DNA from: a virus
Virus record (IMG/VR): IMGVR_UViG_3300048800_000035
Location: 1-35,700 of that record
DNA length: 35,700 nt
Direction: 5' to 3' (one strand)
Shown here: positions 18,191 through 26,906 of the stretch, one piece after another
How positions within the stretch are numbered: the stretch's first letter is position 1
Layout: each line of letters starts with the position of its first letter
The notes under the pieces: generated by a model
Told to the model about the DNA's origin: nothing
The model's input: the letters and a program-made list of their open reading frames with translations, nothing else
Databases searched by the model: none
Position numbers and translations under genes: made by a program

Positions 18191-19476
18191 TGAGAATCCT
18201 TCTACTGGCCGATCACATGTGGAGGGACGTGGCCGGACTCGCCTCAACCCAAGTCCAGATCGAATCAATCTCCGATCACCACGTACAGATTTGCGACATT
18301 CACCTGTTCCCGCAGATGGTGGATGTATTCAAGCCAAATTTGGTAGTGATAAACGGACTCCACGACAGGGGGCGCAATCACTTGGTTGATACGGTCAGAC
18401 GGCGAGGGGGATTGTGCGCTGTACTTGCTTCCGAAGGAAGACCAAATACTGTCGAGCAACTAGACTGGACAGCGAGACAGTGGCCCGCAGAACTATGTGA
18501 CTTATACCTATCTTGGAGCGAGTGGTTTGATAAGGAACTACAAAGCAGGGTGCCATCGGCGGTTACGGGATGCCCTCGTTTCGACCACTACTTCCGTCCG
18601 TTCAATCGGGCCAAGACTATTTCGGAGTGGGGACTTGACCCAGATAAACCGATTGTGACGGTAGCAAGCAGCTTCCCGCAAGCCAAGTTTGCTGATTCAG
18701 GCGGAGACTTCTTGGTACAGGACTGGAAGAACCTCGGCGTATCCCAAATGGATATGTTCAAAGACCCGAGGGCAGTTGCGAAACTGGAAAAGACGGCGCT
18801 TGAAAGATTTTCTGTTTGGATAAGCGCCTTGCACTCCGAGAATCCGGGTATCCAGATTGTCCTAAAGCCACATCCCGCTGAGAACATTCAGTTTTGGCAG
18901 GAGCTTTCGGAATCAATTCACATCGTACTGAGTGACTATATTCAAACGATGTTGTCTATCTCGGACGTGCATGTGGCTAGAGTGGGGTGCCTGACAGTCC
19001 CAGAGGCGTGGTTATTCAATAAGCGTGTTGTACAGTGTCGCATGGGGAATGAAGTAGTAGATGGAGCCAGCGCCGCCGCTTTTGATCTTGGCTATCAAGT
19101 ATCAGACTTGCAAGACTTCCTCTTGGAAACTTCGGCGGGGTTGTCTTTGGGCGATTACGATTCAGATAGCATGTCCGACGACATTCAAGAATACGGGCGA
19201 AAGTATTTAGGGCCGATACCCGATTCCAGCAAGCGCGTAGCCAAGGCGCTGGTCAAGTTACTGGAAGAAAAGAACCCCAAGTTGGCATTTGATTTCACCC
19301 ATGCCGACAACATCGCGGTGAGGCAGTTGCTAGTACGACACGACATTGAACATGCCACTCCGAAGTTTGACCATATCAACCAGTTCTCGAAAGACGTAAT
19401 TCTGACCCGAATTGAAGAGGCCTTGCAGAAGGAGAGGAATTGGAATGAGCAAGAAAACCGACAAGTTGTTTGCTGA
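18190..19476 (+). CDS. Surface carbohydrate biosynthesis protein (GT-B; candidate nonulosonate transferase)
   Basis: DHMWRD, SEG, YLSWS, VTGCPRFD, LKPHPAEN, CLTVPEAW; resembles TIGR04396-type proteins found in nonulosonic acid loci. Confidence 0.75.
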   Translation: MRILLLADHMWRDVAGLASTQVQIESISDHHVQICDIHLFPQMVDVFKPNLVVINGLHDRGRNHLVDTVRRRGGLCAVLASEGRPNTVEQLDWTARQWPAELCDLYLSWSEWFDKELQSRVPSAVTGCPRFDHYFRPFNRAKTISEWGLDPDKPIVTVASSFPQAKFADSGGDFLVQDWKNLGVSQMDMFKDPRAVAKLEKTALERFSVWISALHSENPGIQIVLKPHPAENIQFWQELSESIHIVLSDYIQTMLSISDVHVARVGCLTVPEAWLFNKRVVQCRMGNEVVDGASAAAFDLGYQVSDLQDFLLETSAGLSLGDYDSDSMSDDIQEYGRKYLGPIPDSSKRVAKALVKLLEEKNPKLAFDFTHADNIAVRQLLVRHDIEHATPKFDHINQFSKDVILTRIEEALQKERNWNEQENRQVVC

Positions 19477-19690
19477 ATATGCAGGCAAGGTAACGTCAGA
19501 TGTGTTTCTCGACGGGAACTATTCTGTTGTTTTATTGACGCACAAGAAGGTTCGAGTTATCGGGATTGCGAAAAGAAATCCTGAAAGCGATGTGTATATT
19601 GCGGAGCGTGGTGTTGAGATTGCTACTGCCCGCGCCCTACAAAATCTCGACAAACAAGTTCACCCGCGCCGTTACAAGAAAGTAAAATGA
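19445..19690 (+). CDS. Small phage protein (GIAKRNPESD...GVEIATARA)
   Basis: Motif common in phage hypothetical proteins; start revised to ATG 19445. Confidence 0.7.
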   Translation: MSKKTDKLFAEYAGKVTSDVFLDGNYSVVLLTHKKVRVIGIAKRNPESDVYIAERGVEIATARALQNLDKQVHPRRYKKVK

Positions 19691-20640
19691 ACTTAGTTTT
19701 ATTCACAACTACCAGCCATCTCCTAGAGCATCTTGCCCTAGAGTCTATTCGGCTACACGAGACAGTTGTGGTAGATACGGACGACGCAACGCACAATCGC
19801 TTGACCGAGATCGGCATTAGCAGTATCCCCCTACGGAGTCCTGGCGACAAGGGGTGGGGCGAGCGGGACGCTGCCTTCGCTAAACTCGCCATGCCGGGAA
19901 CGCAACTACTCGAACCCTTCGACGGAACCGGTCTGCCGATGTGGAAGGTGATGTCGATTGACCGGCTAAACTTTTGGTACAGGGGCAAGCAGGCGAAGAA
20001 TCAGTATGAGTCGATCATGGCCCTTGAATGGGACAAGGCGCTTGTGCCGCTGGACATGCACAATCCCTTGCCGTTTGCGCTGGCGAGGCATTCGGATCGG
20101 TACGCCATTGGCGTACAAGTATCGACCCTCCGAACTAGGGAGTGGTATGACTTGCTCTCAACTCACACGGCGCAGTTCAACGAGTGGAAAGTCGGACAAC
20201 CTATCGAACAAAAGTGGTTAGCTAAGTTTGGCATACAATCCGACTTAGTACAGATTGAACCAGAACCAGTGGTAGAATTGCCATCGCAAGACAGCAAGAA
20301 GGCGATGCGTAAGGGGTTGGGCATACCTGAGGGGTATAAGGTTGGACTGGTGTTCTTTGACTCTCAATGCGAGTGGGAGTTTAGGCAGTTGATCCCGACG
20401 CTTCACTCGATGTACCAATTGATATACGTTTACCCGTTACATCCTTACGACTTGCGTAACTTGCAAGACCTTGGGGTAATCGGTGGGCAGATGAAGATAG
20501 CAGATAGTCTTTCGATTGAGACAGCGTGTGATGAGGCCGTTGTGATGCGGTTTGAGTACAATACTATCAAGGGCCGCGCCATACCCGTTAGGGTGATGGA
20601 CATTGCGGGAAGATTTTTGTCGCAGGAGTTATCTAGTTAG
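19687..20640 (+). CDS. Hypothetical protein, probable divergent GT-B glycosyltransferase fold
   Basis: Two Rossmann-like halves, MRKGLGI linker and YPLHP motif echoing the HP motif of neighbouring GT-B genes; gene context. Confidence 0.5.
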   Translation: MNLVLFTTTSHLLEHLALESIRLHETVVVDTDDATHNRLTEIGISSIPLRSPGDKGWGERDAAFAKLAMPGTQLLEPFDGTGLPMWKVMSIDRLNFWYRGKQAKNQYESIMALEWDKALVPLDMHNPLPFALARHSDRYAIGVQVSTLRTREWYDLLSTHTAQFNEWKVGQPIEQKWLAKFGIQSDLVQIEPEPVVELPSQDSKKAMRKGLGIPEGYKVGLVFFDSQCEWEFRQLIPTLHSMYQLIYVYPLHPYDLRNLQDLGVIGGQMKIADSLSIETACDEAVVMRFEYNTIKGRAIPVRVMDIAGRFLSQELSS

Positions 20641-20652
20641 GAGGATACAGAC

Positions 20653-20817
20653 TTGGACATTGGCCGTATCGTAAAAACAATCACAATTCCATTACCCGAA
20701 GAACGCCCGCAGGCTATTCCGTTGCCCGCCGAGAATCCGTTTAGCAAGCCCGCAGAGAAGCCAGTCGAGGCCCCTGGTTGGCCCATAAAGATTGCGGAGC
20801 CATCTAAGGCCGAGTAA
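20653..20817 (+). CDS. Small Pro/Glu-rich peptide (54 aa), absent from the ORF track
   Basis: AGGAGG RBS, TTG 20653, stop overlapping the next ATG (TAATG): MDIGRIVKTITIPLPEERPQAIPLPAENPFSKPAEKPVEAPGWPIKIAEPSKAE. Confidence 0.75.
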   Translation: MDIGRIVKTITIPLPEERPQAIPLPAENPFSKPAEKPVEAPGWPIKIAEPSKAE

Positions 20818-21488
20818 TGTCCCTGTTGGGTTGCAGGTTCGTAAAGTGGGACCACGAGAAAAAGGCGGTTACATCTGTATCCGCCGAGTTTGTTTGGAAT
20901 GGCACGCAGATGCAAGCCACGTGCGATGACGACATGCGGAAGTGGCAAGTCTATTGGACTGGCGTACCCATGTTAACATTCTCAAGTAAGGTTGTTGGCA
21001 ATTCCATTGAAATGACGGCAACCTATCCCGTAGCAGAACAACACTCCGAATCCTGCCCTGCGGAGGTCTGTAAATGCGGGTTCTGGAATCTACATGATCT
21101 TCGTGCTGCCGGCTCAGTCATGCGCGATGAGATTGATGACGGCGTAATGATCCTCACTGAATCAAACGGAAAGATTGTCCTGCATGACAATGGGTTTCGT
21201 TCGGAATACTGCAAGCCCGTTGCCGTAGTTTATCCATTCACCTACAAAATGGAAACTAAATGGTTTATGTCGGAAGATGTGTACCGAACGGTGGGCAGAT
21301 ATGACGCCGGACTGCCAATCGAGGGCAATAGTGTTTGGGTAAAGAAGGTTCGAGTACGAGCCATGTATGGACATACCCAATCTTACGAGTCCATCATGGT
21401 ATCCCTCAAGCTCCGTATCCCCGCTATTGCGCCGTCCGAGGCTACCGATATGCTTCGCAACAGTCGGATGGAGAATAACCTTCTGTGA
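20817..21488 (+). CDS. Hypothetical protein with CxCGFW and HxxGFRSE motifs
   Basis: H..CPAEVCKCGFW and GKIVLHDNGFRSEY. Confidence 0.75.
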   Translation: MSLLGCRFVKWDHEKKAVTSVSAEFVWNGTQMQATCDDDMRKWQVYWTGVPMLTFSSKVVGNSIEMTATYPVAEQHSESCPAEVCKCGFWNLHDLRAAGSVMRDEIDDGVMILTESNGKIVLHDNGFRSEYCKPVAVVYPFTYKMETKWFMSEDVYRTVGRYDAGLPIEGNSVWVKKVRVRAMYGHTQSYESIMVSLKLRIPAIAPSEATDMLRNSRMENNLL

Positions 21489-21787
21489 TAAAACTGGAAA
21501 CGGTTGCAGAACTGCGCGATCACGCCAAACAACCAGCGGCTAAAGAAGCCCTAAATGTTCTGTTGATAAATGGCTTGTCGCCGCAAGAGATGGCTACATA
21601 CGCCTGGATTGCCCTGCACAAAGATATTTCTACAAACGATCTTTGTGAGGCGGTAGGGCGACCACAGAACCACATTGGTAATATCGTATCGAAGTTACTT
21701 CGACTCGGCTTGGTAGTTCGCGTGGTTGATAGCAAAGCGGAGTGGAAATACCTGTATCGCATAGCCGGTTTCACCAATAAGCCTTGA
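21485..21787 (+). CDS. Winged-helix (MarR/TrmB-like) DNA-binding protein
   Basis: GLSPQE...STNDLCEAVG...IVSKLLRLGLVVR...YLYR. Confidence 0.75.
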   Translation: MIKLETVAELRDHAKQPAAKEALNVLLINGLSPQEMATYAWIALHKDISTNDLCEAVGRPQNHIGNIVSKLLRLGLVVRVVDSKAEWKYLYRIAGFTNKP

Positions 21788-21818
21788 TAGAATGGGCGTT
21801 CTATGCTATATTGTGGGC
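21784..21818 (+). promoter_or_regulatory. Sigma70 promoter, leaderless
   Basis: TTGATA-17 nt-TATATT (extended TG)-6 nt-ATG 21819. Confidence 0.75.
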
Positions 21819-22601
21819 ATGGAAAATGACATCATGTATATTTATGCCTTAGTTGATCCGCGAGACAATAAAACAAGATATGTTGGTGTTACCAAGGACC
21901 CCCTAAATAGATTCCGGTCCCACCTGCGAGTTAATCAATCCGTGATGCGTCATGGTAAAAAAAGATGCGAGTGGATTGCGGAACTAAGGGAAGGTAGACT
22001 TGCTCCAAAAATGATTATCCTAGAGGAGTCCGACTGGGATAATTGGCAAAAGGCTGAACAATGGTGGATTCGCCATATGCGCGAGACTGGCTATGATCTT
22101 CTAAATGTCAACAACGGTGGAATCGGTCCAAACTCGATCAGTGATGAAACTAGAGCGAGTATGAGAAAATCACACTTGGGTGTTCACACTAGGCCGATGT
22201 CCGAAACCCATAAGAAGTCTCTTATAGCCAGTCGGAGAAAATTAATACCTACTCAAGTGTCAGAGATAAGAGTCTTGTTGGCAACTCGCGCTGATTTGAA
22301 TACAAAAGAGATTGGGTTGATGTATAACGTTCATTATGGAATAATAAACCAGATAGCATATCACAGGGGTTATTCCGAGTTTACTGATGGCGACGGGTTG
22401 CAAGATGCAATTGATTCCAAGAAACGCTGCAATACCCATCCCCAGAGACGGGGTGATTTAGTTTCGCATGATGTGGTTAGGGAGGTGAGATCATTGGCCG
22501 ATAAGGGGATTAGAATTATAAAAATATCTGAAATGGTTAATATAAAATATTACACAGCATTGAGTATCATTCGTCGCCAAACATATAAGTTGGTGAAGTG
22601 A
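21819..22601 (+). CDS. GIY-YIG homing endonuclease with NUMOD3-like and HTH C-terminal domains
   Basis: YIYALVDPR...RYVGVT...R...H, AEQWWI, LLN..GG, SDETRASMRKSHLG. Confidence 0.9.
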   Translation: MENDIMYIYALVDPRDNKTRYVGVTKDPLNRFRSHLRVNQSVMRHGKKRCEWIAELREGRLAPKMIILEESDWDNWQKAEQWWIRHMRETGYDLLNVNNGGIGPNSISDETRASMRKSHLGVHTRPMSETHKKSLIASRRKLIPTQVSEIRVLLATRADLNTKEIGLMYNVHYGIINQIAYHRGYSEFTDGDGLQDAIDSKKRCNTHPQRRGDLVSHDVVREVRSLADKGIRIIKISEMVNIKYYTALSIIRRQTYKLVK

Positions 22602-23797
22602 AGAAATTTTCTATCTTTTGTGGCCGAGAGCATCATTATAAAAGACTTCACTCGGTAGTATCCGAATTGGAAAACAGGGGATGCGAAACCGGTTTTTATA
22701 TCAGCGACAATGGTTGGAACATTGATCCTGCTAGTGCATATTTGACTAGGTATGGGCAGACATTCAAACACTCGTTGGACTATTATTCACCAGATAGCAC
22801 ACCAGTCGTATCAAACATGGTACAAAAAGCCTTGCTTGGGTTTGGAATACCAGAGTTCGATAATGACTTGTTTGGTTCCATAGACCCCCATTCAATTGTT
22901 TATGCGCTTCGTGAATTCTCTGAATTTCTAGTTGCGACTGACAAGATGCTTGATATAGAAAAACCAGACAGTGTGCTAATTTTGCACTCGAATAATGCGT
23001 GGTGTCGCGCACTTGCCTATCTTTGCTCCGAAAGACAAATTCCAGTTTCGTCTTTTCAAGAGGGGCTACTTCGCAACAGGGATCAAGAGACACAGGGAAA
23101 ACAATCATCGGCGGCCGACTATGTTTCAACACTGTTTGTTTGGTCAGAAGCATCCAGGCAAGCCTACCTTGCCGCTGGCATCCCAGAAGAAAAGATCGTC
23201 GTTACGGGAATGTCACACCTTGACCAGTATCTAACGCTGATTCAAGAGGGAAAGATCAACAAGCCTTACATCAAGGCACAGTTTGGATTCAGGCCTAGCC
23301 AGACGCTTATCACACTCGCCCTGCCACAACTTTCCCGCTTTGACGGCGATGTGAATGTGACGCTTACCCAAATGTCCGAGTGGGCATCTAAGAACTTAGT
23401 CCAACTAGCTATCAGACTCCATCCATTCGAGTCACCAGACTCCGTTATGTCATTGCAAAACGGCATAAAGAATCCGATGGTGAAAGTCATTACGCAGGGA
23501 GAGTTGCCAGAGTTGATTTTAGCGTCGGATGTGGTAGTATCCCAACATTCTACGGCGGCAGTTGAGGCGCTGGCGTTGGGCGTTCCACTGGCGGAGATCG
23601 ACCTGAGTAATTTTGGCGTACTCGAATCTTTGGCCTCTCAGCATGTTGCAATCAGTATCAACAGTGGCGAGTTGGATAAACTTCTCAAGCCGATGGATGG
23701 CATCATTCCGCAGGTGCTTGTGCCGTGGAAAGTAACCAACCTGGGGCAGTTGGACGGACACGCGACGGAACGAATTGTGGATAGGTTGCTGGCGTAA
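22598..23797 (+). CDS. GT-B glycosyltransferase (capsule/sialyltransferase-like; candidate nonulosonate transferase)
   Basis: EKPD, FQEG, FVWSE, IVVTG..HLD, IRLHPFE, SDVVVSQHSTAAVEALALGVP, DGHATERI. Confidence 0.75.
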   Translation: MKKFSIFCGREHHYKRLHSVVSELENRGCETGFYISDNGWNIDPASAYLTRYGQTFKHSLDYYSPDSTPVVSNMVQKALLGFGIPEFDNDLFGSIDPHSIVYALREFSEFLVATDKMLDIEKPDSVLILHSNNAWCRALAYLCSERQIPVSSFQEGLLRNRDQETQGKQSSAADYVSTLFVWSEASRQAYLAAGIPEEKIVVTGMSHLDQYLTLIQEGKINKPYIKAQFGFRPSQTLITLALPQLSRFDGDVNVTLTQMSEWASKNLVQLAIRLHPFESPDSVMSLQNGIKNPMVKVITQGELPELILASDVVVSQHSTAAVEALALGVPLAEIDLSNFGVLESLASQHVAISINSGELDKLLKPMDGIIPQVLVPWKVTNLGQLDGHATERIVDRLLA

Positions 23798-25029
23798 TGC
23801 AGATTAGCCTAATAATTCCAACGCATAATCGAAGCGGGGCGCTCACAAGACATCTTGAAATGCTTGCGCGACAGACACTTGACCCAGCGTTGTTTGAGAT
23901 TGTCGTGGTGCAAGACGGCGTGGATACAATCATGCTCCCCGATATAAAGCGCCGTTCTGAAAAGAACATGCAGTTGAAGGTTGTTGAGTCGGAACACAAG
24001 GGGCCAGCGGCAGCAAGAAACCTCGGCGCGAAGTATGCTGATGGAAACGTGCTATGCTTTGTTGGAGACGACACATTTCCACATCGCAGCTTGCTCTACA
24101 GACATTGGCTACAACATTTCAGCATGGCAAGTAATGGACAAGTAGGGGCGGTACAGGGGTATACGGACTGGTGGGCAGACCTTCCGCCATTAGACTTCGA
24201 GAACTTTTTGTTGGAGTCTGGACTACAAGCAAACTGGTCTAGTCTCAAGAACGACAATGGCACTTGGAAAACAGACGCCAGTGGGTTTTGCCTGACAACT
24301 AACTTCTCGATTGCTAAGTCCGAGTTTGAAAGACTCGGCGGATTCAGCGAAGAGTTTCCCCACGCCGCTTGGGAGGACGTGGAGTTTGGCTACAAGGGAA
24401 CCAAGTTCGGCCTCAAGACTGCTTTTGAACCACAAGCTGTCAATCATCACGCTCACCGGCAGACGTTCGACGGGTATGTTGTAAGGAACCTGAAAGAGGG
24501 GGCGAGTAGGATTATCCTGTCTGGGTTACATCCCGAATCGGCGTGGGGATTGCTTGATCCGAATGCACTTCGGGAAACAAACAGTGGAATGTTTCAAGAG
24601 GCCGTGACTGTGGCACGGGAATTGAACCACGCCCATGCACCTGACATACAGAAACTTCGCAAGGAACGCTGGCAACGAGTCTTACAGTTAGCAAGCCTTG
24701 AAGGGATACGCAGGGGCATTGCCGAGAAGTCTAAGAAGTATCCGGTGTGGCAGGCAATTCAACACCTTCACCTGCAAGAACAGACCCAGCATGTCGTGAC
24801 AACGGCTAGGAACATCGAGACTGGCAATCTTGCTTACGCCGAGACAAGCGCGGAGTGGGCCTTACAAGCCAACATGGACAACTGGGCGCTGTGGATGGTG
24901 AGGGCGGAAGTAAGCAAGGTGATGGGAGATAAAGTCTCGGCGCTGAGATATGCTTCTACTGGAACCAAGTTGGGGCCTGGCGAGGCGTGGCCGATAGAAT
25001 TTATCAAATCAATAAGTGAGGCGCAATGA
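23797..25029 (+). CDS. Family 2 glycosyltransferase with C-terminal TPR-like helices
   Basis: SLIIPTHNR, VVQDG, GPAAARNLGA, FVGDD, GGFSEEF...WEDVEFGY. Confidence 0.92.
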   Translation: MQISLIIPTHNRSGALTRHLEMLARQTLDPALFEIVVVQDGVDTIMLPDIKRRSEKNMQLKVVESEHKGPAAARNLGAKYADGNVLCFVGDDTFPHRSLLYRHWLQHFSMASNGQVGAVQGYTDWWADLPPLDFENFLLESGLQANWSSLKNDNGTWKTDASGFCLTTNFSIAKSEFERLGGFSEEFPHAAWEDVEFGYKGTKFGLKTAFEPQAVNHHAHRQTFDGYVVRNLKEGASRIILSGLHPESAWGLLDPNALRETNSGMFQEAVTVARELNHAHAPDIQKLRKERWQRVLQLASLEGIRRGIAEKSKKYPVWQAIQHLHLQEQTQHVVTTARNIETGNLAYAETSAEWALQANMDNWALWMVRAEVSKVMGDKVSALRYASTGTKLGPGEAWPIEFIKSISEAQ

Positions 25030-25208
25030 CAGCCCTTGAAATGGTTGACGGAAAGTATTACGAGCAGGGAAGTGATGAATATCAATTAGCAATCGAGAAC
25101 ATGGCCAAGGAATACCCACAAGCCAAGACCGAATGTTTGCTGGTAAGACAATTCTGGAACCAGAGGGTAAATCTAGAACGTGCCGTTGTGCTGGCGGGAA
25201 CCAAGTGA
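25026..25208 (+). CDS. Hypothetical protein
   Basis: ATGA and GTGA overlaps. Confidence 0.6.
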   Translation: MTALEMVDGKYYEQGSDEYQLAIENMAKEYPQAKTECLLVRQFWNQRVNLERAVVLAGTK

Positions 25209-25762
25209 CTTGCATTGCTGGTATCGTTGAACCAAGTAAACGTGTTGTTTGGATTGGCGGGGACTCAGCAGCCACAAGCGGGTACGATCTCTCCATTGTC
25301 CTCGACACAAAGGTTTTCTACCACACGGGTACTAATTTCATCGTCGGTTGTTGTGGGAGCGTTAGGGCTACCAACGTCATACGTTACAAAATGACGCCTC
25401 CCGAACCAACCACTGACGACGATATGGCCTACATGGTCACTGGGTTTGTAGAGTCACTCAGGGAATCCCTCAAAGCCGCAGGTAACACCGTAAAGAACGA
25501 CGAAATGGAGTGGACTGGCGTTCAACTTCTAGTTGGTTATCACGCGAAGTTGTTTATGATCGACTCGGACTATCAGGTAAGGGAGGTTGTAACAGGTTAC
25601 GACTCTATCGGCGCTGGGGCCGACCTTGCTCTTGGAGCGTTATATGCCACTGCTGGAACGGGCGCCAAGAAGCGTATGACATTAGCAATGGAAGCGGCGG
25701 CGGTTCACAATACGGCTTGCCGACCACCCTTTTCAATATTGCGTGCGCGGTGGAGCGAATGA
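25205..25762 (+). CDS. HslV/proteasome-beta-like Ntn threonine peptidase
   Basis: GTG 25205 gives (M)TCIAG...GGDS...KVF...GCCG...SIGAGADLALGAL; Thr2 would be the nucleophile. Confidence 0.85.
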   Translation: MTCIAGIVEPSKRVVWIGGDSAATSGYDLSIVLDTKVFYHTGTNFIVGCCGSVRATNVIRYKMTPPEPTTDDDMAYMVTGFVESLRESLKAAGNTVKNDEMEWTGVQLLVGYHAKLFMIDSDYQVREVVTGYDSIGAGADLALGALYATAGTGAKKRMTLAMEAAAVHNTACRPPFSILRARWSE

Positions 25763-25770
25763 ATTGGCAC

Positions 25771-25805
25771 TTCCAAACAAGAAAGATTGGGGATACAATG
25801 AAGAA
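25771..25805 (+). promoter_or_regulatory. Sigma70 promoter, leaderless
   Basis: TTCCAA-17 nt-TACAAT-6 nt-ATG 25806. Confidence 0.65.
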
Positions 25806-26906
25806 ATGTTTGAAATTAAGCGCAGAGTAGACAGCAAACTCCCCGACAAAGAAACTCTACAAACCCTATATTGGAGTGAAATGTTGACCATGCGGGAGAT
25901 AGCAGATCGCTATGACACGCATCCCGCTACCGTCTTGTACCATCTTCGCAAGCAAAATATTCAGATAAGAGACAGAAGCGAATCGTCAATAATTGCAACC
26001 AGCAAGGGTAGGCGGTCGCATGGCAAGCGCAAATCCCCGGAGGCTGAATATACCATCGACGGTAAAATAATTTGTGATGCTTGCAAAGTTCCGAAGGACA
26101 AGAAGGAGTTTAGAGATAGGCCCGATACCAAGCGTGGAGTTTCTAGGCGATGTAACAGTTGCGCTACTGCGCGTGGTCAGTTGTGGAAACGCAGAAAGGA
26201 AATGTATCAGCGGGGAGTGGCGCTGTGCGCTAGATGTATTCGATGGTTGCCATTGGCGGAGTTCTCGGCAGACAAGACCAACTATAAATATGGTATTGCT
26301 GCTACTTGTAAAAGGTGTTCTTCTACCAATGCTGAATACCACGACTATCTTGTAGAGCGAGAAACATTGCTATCTTTCGGGATGAAATATTGTCCCGCTT
26401 GTGAACTCGTTTTCAGTGTTGACAAATTTGGGCCTCACTCCGCGTCGACGGATAAACTACAATCTGTTTGCAAAAAGTGTCGTTGGAAAATGAACAATGC
26501 GTTGTATCGACAGAAAAACCCGGAAATAAAGAGGGGCTTTTCTTCTGACGAATTGAAATTGCGGAGGAAGCAAACCGTCAAGCGGTTCTATCAAAATCAC
26601 AAGGAAATAATTCTTGTAAAACACAAATTGCGTATAGCGCGCAAGCGGAGTGGCGACGGCGGTTATACCATTGACCAGTGGACCATGTTGGTTTCTTTTT
26701 ACTCGCCCAATGGGGAATGTGTTTGTTGCAAAAAGAATGAATTGCGTCTCGGCCCGGATCACGTTAAGGCATTGGCGCGAGGCGGAAGTGGTCTTATCTT
26801 TAACATTCAGCCGATGTGTTTACCGTGCAACAATAAAAAACACGTTCGGGAAATAGAATATCGGTTTGACGGTGGCGTATATGCCAGATCGCTGATGGGA
26901 ATATAA
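25806..26906 (+). CDS. HNH endonuclease with N-terminal HTH and three Zn-ribbon repeats
   Basis: TMREIADRY HTH; repeated CxxC...F...CxxC; C-terminal CVCC...DHVKALARGG...NIQPMCLPCNNKK. Confidence 0.9.
   Translation: MFEIKRRVDSKLPDKETLQTLYWSEMLTMREIADRYDTHPATVLYHLRKQNIQIRDRSESSIIATSKGRRSHGKRKSPEAEYTIDGKIICDACKVPKDKKEFRDRPDTKRGVSRRCNSCATARGQLWKRRKEMYQRGVALCARCIRWLPLAEFSADKTNYKYGIAATCKRCSSTNAEYHDYLVERETLLSFGMKYCPACELVFSVDKFGPHSASTDKLQSVCKKCRWKMNNALYRQKNPEIKRGFSSDELKLRRKQTVKRFYQNHKEIILVKHKLRIARKRSGDGGYTIDQWTMLVSFYSPNGECVCCKKNELRLGPDHVKALARGGSGLIFNIQPMCLPCNNKKHVREIEYRFDGGVYARSLMGI

Noticed and set aside
20637-20948. 103-aa minus-strand ORF
   Set aside because: The plus-strand 54-aa ORF with AGGAGG RBS and TAATG coupling explains the interval better.
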